Shown: piece by piece, positions 51,903-64,000 of the stretch
How the letters are laid out: each line of letters opens with the position of its first letter
Numbering within the stretch: position 1 is the stretch's first letter
Assembly (NCBI GenBank): GCA_052426225.1
Contig: JBNJNM010000008.1
Coordinates: 682,001-746,000 of the forward strand
DNA from: Zancudomyces culisetae HAW-14-8
Taxonomy: Eukaryota; Fungi; Kickxellomycota
Reading direction: 5' to 3'
DNA: 64,000 nt
The notes under the pieces: generated by a model
The model's database searches: none
Seen by the model: only the letters and a program-made list of their open reading frames with translations
What the model was told of the DNA's origin: nothing
Position numbers and translations under genes: made by a program

Positions 51903-54900
51903 TTTCCAATTCCTCAAAATAAAATAAAACAGGTTCTTTTTTTGTGCGGATGTTGGTGGATTGGACCACTGCCGGTGTAAAGAATCCATATAAAATACAC
52001 GTTCTGCTGTACCCACTCCTTCTAAAAATAACACAATCTAACTGAGCGTGGTTTTGCAAGGAGTACAAGAACGGGGCGGAATCGAGGTAGGATGAAGCAA
52101 ATTTCCACATTCATATATACTTGGGTCTGGATGCATATTGTTTTATTTACATTTAGCTATGTGATGACCATTCATCGGAGAGGTCCCTATACTTCACAAG
52201 TATTTATAGGTTATAATGAATTCTTTGATAACTGCGAACCGCAATTAGCTCCAAATATTAGAGTATCAGTGTTTAGCCTGTATTACATATTTTGACATCA
52301 ACATACCTCTTAAAAAATCCTATAGGTACGTGCTTAGGTTAGTGCTACTGGGCTTCTAGAACTTGCACCGTAGTTGGTTGGTGAAACACATTTTAATGTT
52401 ATCTAGATTATGTTTAACTACTCTAAATAGACTGAGTTTTGTTGGTATATACCCAATATATTTATTTGTGGTGTTGCAATGCTAATAACCAAAGAGCAAA
52501 GAACAAAAATTGTGGAAAAGTCTGAACTGAAATAGACGGGACTCTCGGTAAGAAGGGACAGATTAGCATTTTTAAATACATTTTGTTATCGTTGGGGGAG
52601 GATGGCAATTAGCTTAGTAGATAAACCAGGGGAATATAACAAATTACAAGCAATATGGCTTTGTATACTAATCAAACATTACAATATCTCCGTTCTAACC
52701 TATGAGTCGAGTAGTTAGAGCAAATGAAGACGGGGTTTTTCCACGCTCAAATACTTGCCAATTTGGGTTAACGGTTATAATGCTGCTTAGTGCCCATTTA
52801 TTAACGTATTTGATAAAACGTGATGGGATGTATACAGCTTATAAACCAATAGAGCATACTTTTAATGTACTTGAAACCACTGTATATAATATCTTATGTT
52901 TTTCATTGCCGGACAATCAAGTGGGTCGTACTGGTTCTTGAAGAACTCCAGAAATTTGCATTTCTTCCTCCCCAACTCTTTTGCAGCTTTTGCATTATTG
53001 TGGAGCCAATGTGTTTTTAACGTACTTTGTTGTACCACCTAGGTTCACGTGTCTTGATTGAAGTTACACAATTAATTTGCCTTTGCATTTGAAGCCCTGT
53101 GATTATATAAGAGCAAGAAATTTTTTTGTTGCGTTTATTTTAGCTGCGATGTTTGAAGCAGCCTGATCTTTTTTTTCTAAAAACCTGATTTGGTTGTATC
53201 ACTAAATAAAGAGTCACAGCGTTCATGTGGGTTACACAAAATTAAGTCTATTTTAAACGCAATGAACAAAAAGAAGGAGATAGATTAACGAAACAAGTTG
53301 GTATATTGAAGGACAAAGATAAAAAATCAGTTATCCACTCAGCTAAATAAGAGTTTTGCTTTGAAATAGATTGTTATGTCTAAAAACGGCATTTCTTTTG
53401 TTTTTTATAATAATGATAAACCTCACATAAAATAGATGTAGTCTAGTTGGTTATTTAATGACCATGTTCGGTTTGCTTATTAAATTGTATATCTAAGTAT
53501 TTGGTACGTATAATATTATATGCTACTCGTTCTGGGCAGATAAAAAAAGTACTGTATTATACAGACTAATATTCTTGTAGTTTATTTGTCGTATTGTCTG
53601 GTATTTAAACCAAAAAGTACCACAATATTGTGAATATTTTTAAGATGGTTGTTATACTTGCTCTGTATGAACCAAAACAAATGTCAAACCGTGATGTGAC
53701 ATGATTGGAACAAGAGAGGAGAAAAGATCTTCACATGGTGGTACCACTTCACCTCTATTGATTTTGTTTTGTTGATTATCATAGCTTGATAAAATTAAGA
53801 CTGTTTTTAATTCATTTCTTTTATTTCCAAGAATATATTAGAGCATGTGGTATACGTATGACTAACTTGTTCCCAGTTTGGGAAATAGGTCGCAGTAGCA
53901 ACTGCTGACTAGAAATTGCGAGGAAAAGAACCCAGCTCCTTGGATCTTTTTTTGTGCAAATTTTGAGCTAATCTGACCAACATGATCAGCCTTATGCCAG
54001 CCTGAGTCTTGACTTTATGCATTCTGAAGGCTTTTTTTTAATATAGCGTTCACCTCTAAGTTGCTTTAAAAAATCGATGGCCATCAATAAAACTAAACAA
54101 AAGCTAGACCGCTGTAACATTTGCATAACTTCAAGCAGTTTGATTAGCGATACTTAGACAAAATCTGTTTCGGTATTTAATACACTCATCCCACAAATCA
54201 AGGCCAAACCTATTTAGATTATGAATACCAATATCGAAAAACTTGTGTTTTACTTCAATATTTCGCTACCATGATAACGCATACTCATCTTTTTTCTTTT
54301 TGGCAAAGTTTATTGGAGAAAAAATTTGCAGGCGTCAAATATCCGAACAAATTATCTGGTAATTAACTTTTATTTGACAAAAATGTTGCAGGCTGGAAGG
54401 ACAATGAACCTGCATTCATCAAAAAAAAAAAAGAAAACAGTTCAAGGTTTTTCATTTTTGCTTCATTTTCATTTTTTCATGCTTTTCTGAAATTAAATGG
54501 TTTAGTTTACGTAAAGGAAATGTGAGCAGATTTTCAAGAAAAGTGTACAGGTTTCCTACAACCTGAAACCCGAGACAACAAAACCAAAACGAAACAAAGG
54601 TAGCAAGGTCTTGCAGTTTGAGTTTGGGGAAGCAGAGTGTACAAAAATAGGGGTTTGGTTTTTTTTTTCATGCTGTTTTAATGTTCCAAAACCGAATAAT
54701 GGAGGAGGGGGTTAGAACAAAACACTGTGATATTTTTGGGACATAAATTAAATGCGATTTTGTTCAGTTTTGATTTGCTTTTCATAAAATTATAGATAGA
54801 CTAAATTGGAGGAGGAGGAGAAGAGGATCCTACACCTGGCTCCATGAATCGAGAGCTTTCTATTGGAAAATTTCCATTTTTCAACCCCTCATTTAAAATT

Positions 54901-55725
54901 TTAATATTGCATTTTTTAATGCTATTCACAGAAAAAAAATTTTTTTTCAGTAATTAACGAAAAAGAAAATCACGAATGTATTTTGTTTTATAAATAGAAT
55001 TACAAAAAGAAAAATAGGAAATAACAAATTGCCATTGTGTTGCTACCTCACATGGAATATTATTTGAAATAGCCCAGGATTGATCAAAGCAAACGAGGGA
55101 CAAGTTGGTCAACTTGAAGATTTATCTAAATATAAACAGCCAGTTTTTTTTCATGTGGTTTTAGAAAAATACAAGACTACAGTATACTGTGTTTGCAACA
55201 GCTCTTATCATAATAGCATTTCCAGTGTTATTACATAAGCGGGAGAATCAATATACTAGACAGTGGTAACTCGGGTGGTCCTTTTGAAGGTATTACACTC
55301 TGATTTATTATATAATTTGACCTAAGCGATAAATCAATATATTTTTTTTTCGCCAATGAAAATAGTAACAATATTTAATCTTACCTAACAGCAGAGTTAA
55401 AACATTACGAAAAAAAAAGGAGACTTTAGTGGGTTTCAAGTATATCAGAAGTCAAGGTAGTGTTTAAATAAAACGTCGTATGTCGGCACCAACTTTTCTT
55501 TAAATATACACCTCCTTGATTCCATGAGTTTTTCCTAAACTAGAGGTTTCGAAGAAAAAGTGCCAACCTCATTGTAGTATTCTAAAGGTATTGTCATAAC
55601 ACCACGAGCATAGGTAGCATACAAGAAGAGTGCAGAGTATCCTGGCTAATAAGAGGAAAACACAAGCAAGCAGTATTGTAATATTATATCACTGGAAACA
55701 CAAAAACAAAGACTAATAGCCTAAA

Positions 55726-55947
55726 ATGAACGCCTGTCCTACCTGTGGATTTAGAACAGACTCTATAAACATGTATTTTGATCACCTCAACTTTGACCCA
55801 ACACATGCAAAGCTGGAGTATCAAAAAAACCTCATAGAAAAGTATAGAGCGAATGTTTCACAGTATCACACACAGTTGGGGTTCGAGAGGCCAGTATTTG
55901 GGCTTGACAAGCCAGTTTCGTTTCGATTTAGGTCGAGACCTAGCTAA
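55726..55947 (+). CDS. 73-aa orphan protein with an N-terminal C2H2-like motif
   Basis: CPTC-x12-H-x6-H, ATG in a CTAAAATG context, ORF more GC-rich than its flanks. Confidence 0.5.
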   Translation: MNACPTCGFRTDSINMYFDHLNFDPTHAKLEYQKNLIEKYRANVSQYHTQLGFERPVFGLDKPVSFRFRSRPS

Positions 55948-56362
55948 TCGAAGAATTTAAATCACATACGAGAACATACTGGACAAACGAAAATCTGTAT
56001 GTGATAAGCCATCTACTTTGGTGGTTATCGCAACCCTTTATGGTTTGGTTTGGTTTGGTTTACTATGAATACCAGAATGACTTTTATTCTCGAGTTAGGG
56101 TTTTGTTAATGTATTTTTTATAAATTTATTCTGTTTTATATTGTATTTTCAATCGGTTCGCCGACTTTAGGCTAAAAATATACTCACTAAAGATATTTTT
56201 TGAAACGAGACAAATGTCATGAAGATATGAGTATATATAAATTACAAATCTCCCCTAAAATCCCACTTCAAGACACGCTCTTGCTTCGTTGGATTGAAAA
56301 ACCGCCAACCCGAAAAAGGGCAGCTGAATGTAGAGAACAGGACGGATATTTTTTTTTGTTTT

Positions 56363-57826
56363 TTAAAAAAACACGCTTTTTGCATCAGATACAGTGGATG
56401 TTCCTGGACAGTATGGGCACTTGAAACGGCTTCCAGTTGACAAAGATGGTCTCGCAGAACCCGCCAGTTTCTCCAAACTTTCCTTACAGATTACGTGGCC
56501 ACACGGCAGCATCATAGGTGGGTTCAGCTCGGTCGATTGTTCTTTGCTTACTGGACATGCAAAGACAGAATGGAAGCAGAGGTTATCAGGTAGTTGAATC
56601 TCAGCAGCCAGCTCTGTTTGAGTTGACCAGTCCGCTTTTTTATCACGCATTAGCTGAGACATCTTGGATATTACAGGCAGAGCGATGACCCCTGCATCTG
56701 ATATTATTGCTAACGGTGGATTCAAGGGGAGCCCCGACAATACACAAAAGGCCTGACTGAATTGGTGAATCAGTAACTTCCATGAATGACTAGTGAAAAG
56801 ATCTTTGTATGGCGAGTCTGCCAACCGTTTTGCGTATACAAGCGCACCCATCAGCTTTCGTGTCTCTGCAGCATATGGGTGTGGTTCCATTTCTGATGTG
56901 GGTGGTTCTCCTTCTGTTGCATCTTGGTATGTAGATGACCTTGCTGTAATTGCTGTTGGCTTAAGATACTTCGAAAGATGTTTTGTTGAATATACACACG
57001 CTTCTCGTGTTTTTCCTTCATATAAATACATCAAATACTTGTGTTTGTGTAATTCAAATTCCAGTTTGAGTCCATATTTCTCTAGTTCTTTTTGATGCTG
57101 TTTAACCCAGTGAAAAGCCGAGTTCAGCTGGTGTTCTTCCAGCTCGTTGACTATGTCTCGTAATTGTTTGAACTGCTTCTTGAACTCTGGTGTTATATCT
57201 ACCTTTGCTTCTCGTATAAACTCTTCTGCAATCGCAAACTTCCCATTTCGCAAAAAGTGCATCGCCACTTGCTTGTCAATTATTCCTGGTCGTTTATCAA
57301 AAGGACTTTCATCTTGGCTTATTGTATTTAAATCCATTTTGAACACCTATTATGTTCCAGATTATAGCACGATATTTGGTTTGTTCTTTCAATATAAACA
57401 CCAACACAATCTGTCAAAATAAAATAAAAAACTACCTTATCAAGCGCCTTTCCCTGCTTAGACACATTTTGATATAACTCTCGATGTTTGTGCTTTAGGC
57501 CTTCTAACGTGGTCGCAGTGTTTTTTTCTAGTTCCTGTAAATCTGGTCCATCTATATTATCATTTTCACCTTTAGGTTTAGGCCATTTAAAAAAATGTTT
57601 TGTATATGGCCCCAGTTTCTGGCGATTTCCCAGTTATTAAATGGTATACCATTTATCACCTGTGTTCGCATGTAGATGAACACTAACACTTACCACCTCC
57701 CTGCTGTTTTAACCTTTTCGCCTCTTGAACTTTGTTTATCAGCGCATCGATAGTATTTTCACAGTATGCTCTAGCGTCATTTTGAACCTTTAGCAATCTT
57801 ATGTTTTCCTTCAAGATAACGTCCAT
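56363..57826 (-). CDS. RMD5: GID/CTLH E3 ligase subunit Rmd5/RMND5 (3 exons)
   Basis: LisH/CTLH-like VAMHFLRNGKFAIAEEF and degenerate RING FHSVFACPVSKEQSTELNPPMMLPCGHVICKESL...FKCPYCP. The upstream exon starts MDVILKEN at 57826. Confidence 0.9.
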
Positions 57827-58969
57827 ACCTTTGTACAATTTTGTCGCCTGCGTTTCAATTTAAAAAACGTCTAATTCTAATGAACAGAGCTTGAATCCTT
57901 TTCTTTAATTAAACTTTGTGCTTTTGGCTTTTTATTTGTGTTAATAAACCGCTTTTTTTCCAAAGCCCCAATAATAGCCAGCATTTTATTTGCTGGTTCT
58001 GGGCTCTGGTTTTACGACCCAGTGGATTGTTTATTGGAGGAGAGAAAACCAGAGAGAACTTCTCAGTTATTCAATTTGCACCTTTCCTTTACTCGTAAAT
58101 GTTTACAATTGCACTCCGCTTCTAAAAATTGGATGCAGAAAATAATTGCAAAAAAAAAGCTCCACCTTCTCCCAAAAATATTAATTGTAATACTCTGGGT
58201 AAAGTATGCTGACTAATACTCGCACCCCCAGAAAAAACCACAAGTGATGGGAAGAGGAAGAAAAATATAAAAACAAAAGTATACTTGTAACGTCTGGAAA
58301 CGTGTTTATCTCATTCTCCCATTTCATTTTCCTGTTCCTCAGTTGTATAGGTTGGGGGGGGGTGTCATCTATTGTTAGTGCATGTGGTTACATACTCCTA
58401 ACCCAGAAATGTTGCATTTTTCATGCTGTTTAAAACATCTATTTTTAGCAAAAGGTTGTGGGTTTGCAGATAAGATCCTAGTATGTGTCCTATTTTCATA
58501 TACTCTGCCAGGCTATTATTTACATGGAAAGTAAAAAATGTATTTTGCAGAAAAGAATTTATTTTAAAATGCTTCACGTCTTCCAAGCTCCATTCCCCTC
58601 ATTGAAAGCACAACAAGTAATTAGCACTCCAAAAAGTTGACTATTGCAGTTCTCATTAAAAAGTGAACCCAAACGCAGAAAATTACAACTTCGTTAAGGT
58701 ATACATATTTTGAACATAGTATATCCAAAGTTACCAGGCAACTTCTTGTGCGCAATGTAGATATCGTTTTGTGTCTTATTTTTCGTTGGCCAATTCTGGG
58801 CAAACAGCTAAAACGAATAAAAATACAAAAATAGATAAAAGAGAATGTTATACCATACTCAGGGCTAGCTTATAGTGAGGGTGTTGCAGCAAAATAAAAA
58901 ATAAAAAAGTCTTTAAACGAAACAATTATACTTTGTTCTTTTGGGTGTTAAGCAGGCCTTTCCGTACTA

Positions 58970-61024
58970 TCATATCTGTTCCGATATCAAGGAGTATAAA
59001 TCTATAGCTTCTCTTATACTTGTGTTTGACAAGCAAAATGATGAAAGTTCAATCTTGAAATCTGGTACACTGATTATATTCCTCATTATTAAGGTTTTAA
59101 ATAATACACACGTCTATTAAAATGTAGCCAGTTAAGCATTTGGTTATTTTCTGTTAAAAAATTTTCTGCATTGATTCCCGCTAACAGGTGAAATCAGATA
59201 CTCAAAAGCATTAATTGTAAATATTGCCGATATCTATACAAACGCGATAAAAATACATTCAAAATTTTTTTTACCATTTTAGCGTGATAGTCACGAACAT
59301 TTCGTATTGACTCATTTTTTCTGCATAGAGATTCGGTGGCATTGAGGTATTTATAAAACGTCTCTGTACTTATATCCTCAATTCTTGCAAAAAAGAGCTC
59401 AATAATTCTATTATGAGATAATGTGTTGCTTAGACCAACCAATAGGCCCTGGAGTGTCCTAATTGGTATGTTTTATAGAGTCATACTTGAATATCAAGGT
59501 CTAAGATATACACTCTTATATATAGATGCATCTATAAACATATACATAATCCAATATGCCATGCAATAAATTTATGGGCCGTTGTAAAAAGTAGATGTGT
59601 GTACTGTTACCTGTTGAAGGTTTTTTTATCAAGGTGCCTTTTACAAATGACTGTTAATAACTCAAAGCAATTTTCAAGATAAAGACCAGATTTATCACAA
59701 AATGGAGCAAATAATACACTAAAGTCCTTAACAAGATCAAGTAGCTTGGCCGTTTTCTATAATATTATATCGTTTTTCAAATACGTATCATTCCCAGTTC
59801 ACCAACACTGAAAAAGCCCAGTCATATATAATAGCTACGATTATATCCTTCAAAAAATAGTTACATTTTGTTTAGATAATGTGATTGGCCCCAACATGGA
59901 AAGTTCTAGCGTATTCATCACCAGTTTTCTGGCAAAATTTTCGTCTGAGGTCAATGTCTATTTTATTTTTGTTGGTATCTCAATCATATTCTAGCTATTC
60001 AAGCCCTGGTATCAAATTAAAGATAGAGTATATAATATATAATATGAGAACAGTGCAACAAACCTTGATAGAGTTTGCAACAGAATCGGTCCACACACTC
60101 TCCAAGTCAACTATATTATCCATAAAAGCCACCTATTATATTTATAAAAATATAATATAATACAGATCAAGTCAAGCCTGAAGCACTGAGGTTTATTGAT
60201 CATGCTAGGAACAAACTTCAAAATACGCACGTTTTCGTCGATTTCCTCAGCACAATTGTCAGATTTCTTATATACAGGGTTTTTCTTCTCGTGGAGATTA
60301 TCCGGGTATAATAAAATATTATCCAGTAGCTGGATAGCTTTGCTTTTTTCAATCTAGCTCAGATAGATAGAAAAATAACATATTTTGTATTAGAAATAGT
60401 AGTAGTTGATAGTAGTAGTAGTAGCAGCAGGATATACCGTAAAACCTTAATATATTTCAGGAGCTTACTTTTTTTAGTCTCATTATATCAAGCCGTGTTG
60501 CAAATATTTTCAAAATTTTGGTATTTTCTGCATTTGTAGCGCACTTATTAAGCGATTCATTAATTATATCCATCATCGGAATTGATAAAGCATCCTGTTT
60601 GACCAATTCCTCGTTTCCAAGTTTATGGATAATGTATATTTGGATAATAGCTATGCACAGCTTCTCTTTGGTTTTTTCGTACTCCATTTCGTATCCGTCC
60701 TAATATAAAAAAAAGTGTTGTCTGTGTGTTTTATCAAACAAAAAGTATCCTGAATAGCACTTGCTCTTAAACGGTAAATACGACACGCGTTCAAACTAAT
60801 AAAACCTCAAGAACAAACTCTACAGCGTGCAAAAATAGGTCAGATATGTATTTTATTTCGTATACCTTGTGTGCCAGCTGGGTTAGATGCGATTCGAATT
60901 CCGAGTATGTATCTAGCAGGTATTTTATCTTTTTTCCGCCTGTGTTAGCACGCTTGCAAATCTCCAAGTAGATGTTTCCTAGCGTTAATTCTAACATTCC
61001 TTTTGGAATGCTTTTGAATTCCAT
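58970..61024 (-). CDS. CNOT11: Divergent CCR4-NOT subunit 11 (CNOT11/C2orf29)-like protein, ~8 exons
   Basis: The manually spliced C-terminus ETFYKYLNATESLCRKNESIRNVRDYHAKM|TCVLFKTLIMRNIISVPDFKIELSSFCLSNTSIREAIDLYSLI resembles the conserved CNOT11 C-terminal motif (recalled as CVFLQSLIRNKII..DLFIEVQAFC.EFSRIREA..LF). Confidence 0.65.
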
Positions 61025-61587
61025 TCTGTGTTAGCATTCGGTAGACTATTTCATGTGTTTTTTTTTGTTAATTTAATCAAAGTAATGTGGAGTTTGATTA
61101 TTTTTTAAGATTGTTAAACGTGGAAAAATTAATATGTATTTTGGGATTTTCTGGTAATTTATTCAGTTAAAAATAATAACAGTAATAAGCGGCCTTAGCG
61201 GCAAAATCGGACGCAGCTAGCTAGCATTATAAGAAATAACAAAGTTCTTTTTAGTAATATTGCAACTATCTTTTGATATATGAATGGTGATAAACCACTA
61301 CTATACTCACCATGTATTTCCTAATGAATGTGGTGCTGTCTCTGGAATAATTTTGAAACTTCGTAATATTACACCTACATGTGGTTTCTTACCAGCTGTA
61401 CTGTTTTTCATCTCATCATCAGAAATTCTAGTAGGTTGGTGATGTTTAATACATATTTCACATTTTTTTATGTTCCGATTCCATGCAAAAAGCGCAAAAG
61501 GGTACACTTTTAAATACAAACAAAAGATTACAAAGCTAAATAAAATATGGAAGGTGAGGATATAGCAAGAAAAAAATACACCAAGTT

Positions 61588-62842
61588 TCACACATCAAAA
61601 TGTGATATTAGCTTGTCTATCCCCGAAAAAGTCTGGGTAGATTTAATAAAGTCATCGCTTCGTGTTAGTTTTTCGATTTGGGAGGAGACTGAGCTGATCT
61701 GGTTTAATTGTGCCTGAATACGAGTTAGGTTATCTGCCATTTCTTGTGCTATTTCAACAAAAAATAAAGTTATAAATACCACTATTACAGAAGAAGAAAA
61801 AATACTAAGCTTACGTGAAATACCGGAGCCGTCACTTTGAGAATTTTCTGATACAAGGTTTATTTGTTTTAGTGCTTGGTCTAAATCCCTTAGAGCCTTC
61901 ACCTGGTGCTCAAGCTCCGAAAGTGTATTTTCTAATGTTACTCCAAGCTGCTTCTCCTGATATACATTATAGAATGTTAGTTGTCAGTATTAATAGCAAA
62001 TTATATATTTCTCAATATATATATATATATTCCAATCAACTGAATGATCAGTCTAGTGGACAGAGTATCTATGAATAGACAAATTGTGAATACCTTATAC
62101 AAGTCCTTATAAACTTCAACCAGTTCTTGAACTTTTTCATTGCTATCCACTCCGTTTTCGCTCACTGCATGTTTCTGTTTGTTATTTATTAGATTATTAT
62201 TATGTTAAGCTATGATTGGTAACCGTGTTTGTTTCATCGTGTGATAAGTTAAAGAAAGATCGTATGCGATTAACAATGAAAACTCGAATGGTTGCCACTA
62301 CAAGTAGGCTGGTATGGTACTAGCGAGAATGCTTACATTAGAGTACGGAAATTCAATGTATTTTTCTAAACCATCGGGAATGTTGAAAATGTTTCGTAGG
62401 GCATACAGTTCAAAGTGATCAAATGCATTGTCTACGCTATGTTCTAGCAGAGTTTCCAATTCATGAATAGCCTATATTTGAATTTCAAGCTAAAATGTTA
62501 TTTATATTTTTTGTTTCAGAGATAATATTAAGGCAAAAGGTGTACCTTATCCGTTTCTTCGCTTACTCCCAATTGGCTCTCGATACGTGTTTTAAGTTCA
62601 TTTGTAAGTTGATATATGGAATCGTTCGCCGAGTTTGTTATTTCGTCAATGAAATTGATTGGGATAAATTCAAAATGCTCTACAACTTTTTCTATGATCG
62701 ACTGGTTTGGTGGGTATTTTACCCTGAATTTCTTTTTGGCTTGATCCCTCTGATCAATCCTTCTAAATGAATCACCTATAGTTTGTTCAGGGGAAACCGA
62801 ATTTTCACTGATTGTTTGACTATATTCTTCGTGGCCATCCAT
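61588..62842 (-). CDS. MIS12: Kinetochore MIND complex subunit Mis12/Mtw1 (5 exons)
   Basis: VVEHFEFIPINFIDEITNSANDSIY and AIHELETLLEHSVDNAFDHFELYALRNIFNIP are the two Mis12 signature blocks; coiled-coil C-terminus. Confidence 0.88.
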
Positions 62843-63471
62843 CTTTTCTTGCTGATATTTCTTATCTTTCCCTTTTTTTTCCAATGGTAAATTCGGGCCA
62901 AGATTTTTTATTTAACAGTTACTATATTTTTGCAATATCTTTGTTTTAGAGCTTCATCTTACAAGAAATAAAATAAAATAAAATAAAATGTAGCAGGTTA
63001 AGCAGTTTTTCTTGTTTTCGGCATTTTATCGATTATTTCATTGGATGCTTTTATTGACAATTTTTTTTTGCTGATGTACATAATCCTAAGCCAAATAACC
63101 ACTTAAATGTATAATAAAAAAATTAGCCCATTGCTTGTACAGCATTAGTGATAGACCAGGAAATGGGCCACATTGCGAGTCTATACCTCAACATCGACCA
63201 TGCTTATTGTCTTGGAAGGTTAGACTGTTGGAATCCCCTATCTTTAACATCGGTGGTTGACCTCTTATACCACCCCGTTCAATAAAAGCAATTTTTCCGT
63301 TAGCTTCTTATATGAACAGGTTGCGTGTAACATGTATGTATGCTTTTAAAAAAAACAAAAAAACTCAACTGAATACTTTTACAAAAATACCATAAAGCCA
63401 ATCCTTTGACGCTAAAAGTTCACACGTATAGAAAACTTGGCGTCTATATTATAACAAAAAAATGGTGCTCT

Positions 63472-64000
63472 CTATTTAACAATACTTGCTACCGAGTCTA
63501 GCTCGCCCAGCAGCAACGATTTATCAGAGCTGGCAGAAAGCAAGATAGGCTGCTTTGGATGAAAATCGACTTGATTTACTGTTCCTTTATGGCCAGGAAG
63601 TCTATATACAATCTCTCCTGTTCTCACATTCCAAATATTAATGTATCGATCGGCGCCACCGCAAGCAACCCGAGTTTCATCCTTAGAAAATGCAGGCCTG
63701 ACTAAGTTGGTGCCAAACCCAAGAGGTGCTCCAACAAAAACCCGTTCACATCGAGTAGGGATAGAGCAGAATGGTCTAGTATCCCATAAACGCACTTGTG
63801 AATCCATAGAATTGGAGAGAAGATGATTTCCTGTGGACTCCGCAATACAAAGCCCCGTAACGGTATCAGTATGCCCTTCAAGCGTATACACTAGCGAATT
63901 GTTTCTCGTGTCCCAGGCGCAGATTTTGTTGTCAACAGAGCCTGTATAAAGTATATCTCCTGTAAGCGAATAGCACACTGATGTAACTGGATATTTATAT
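63472..64000 (-). CDS. SNRNP40: U5 snRNP 40-kDa WD40 protein (5' part beyond the window end)
   Basis: GHTDTVTGL, LLSNSMDSQVRLWDTRPF, YRLPGHKGTVNQVDFHPKQPILLSASSDKSLLLGEL. Confidence 0.9.
   Translation of the reverse strand, partial: YKYPVTSVCYSLTGDILYTGSVDNKICAWDTRNNSLVYTLEGHTDTVTGLCIAESTGNHLLSNSMDSQVRLWDTRPFCSIPTRCERVFVGAPLGFGTNLVRPAFSKDETRVACGGADRYINIWNVRTGEIVYRLPGHKGTVNQVDFHPKQPILLSASSDKSLLLGELDSVASIVK

Noticed and set aside
1-64000. U12-type introns or a selenoprotein gene with SECIS
   Set aside because: None of the donors I traced matched RTATCCTT, and no reconstructed conserved gene had an in-frame TGA at a Cys-equivalent site. The manual scan was not exhaustive.

Overview
AT-rich, intron-rich eukaryotic DNA from a fungus. 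The gene content (CNOT11, LCL3, kinesin-4) and short GT-AG introns suggest an early-diverging lineage, possibly Kickxellomycotina/Harpellales; this placement is inference only. Most of the window is housekeeping genes reconstructed across introns: GOS1 (partial), DDI1, SYF1, a kinesin-4, YOS1, VPS51, DPH6, acyl-CoA oxidase, NAE1/ULA1, GPN2, MCCC2, SEC61-beta, SEN34, SAM50, LCL3, RMD5/GID2, a divergent CNOT11, MIS12 and SNRNP40 (partial). Three intronless orphan ORFs, each behind a long non-coding region, stand out. (1) A stand-alone 787-aa Ty3/gypsy-type Gag has a capsid-like domain, a ~480-aa low-complexity linker and a CCHC knuckle, but no pol or visible LTRs; it is a candidate domesticated capsid gene. 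(2) A 138-aa secreted prepro-peptide ends in a 26-aa tail that is 50% tyrosine (GYYKYPYY x2). (3) A 73-aa C2H2-like microprotein. No tRNA, rRNA or CRISPR array was recognised.
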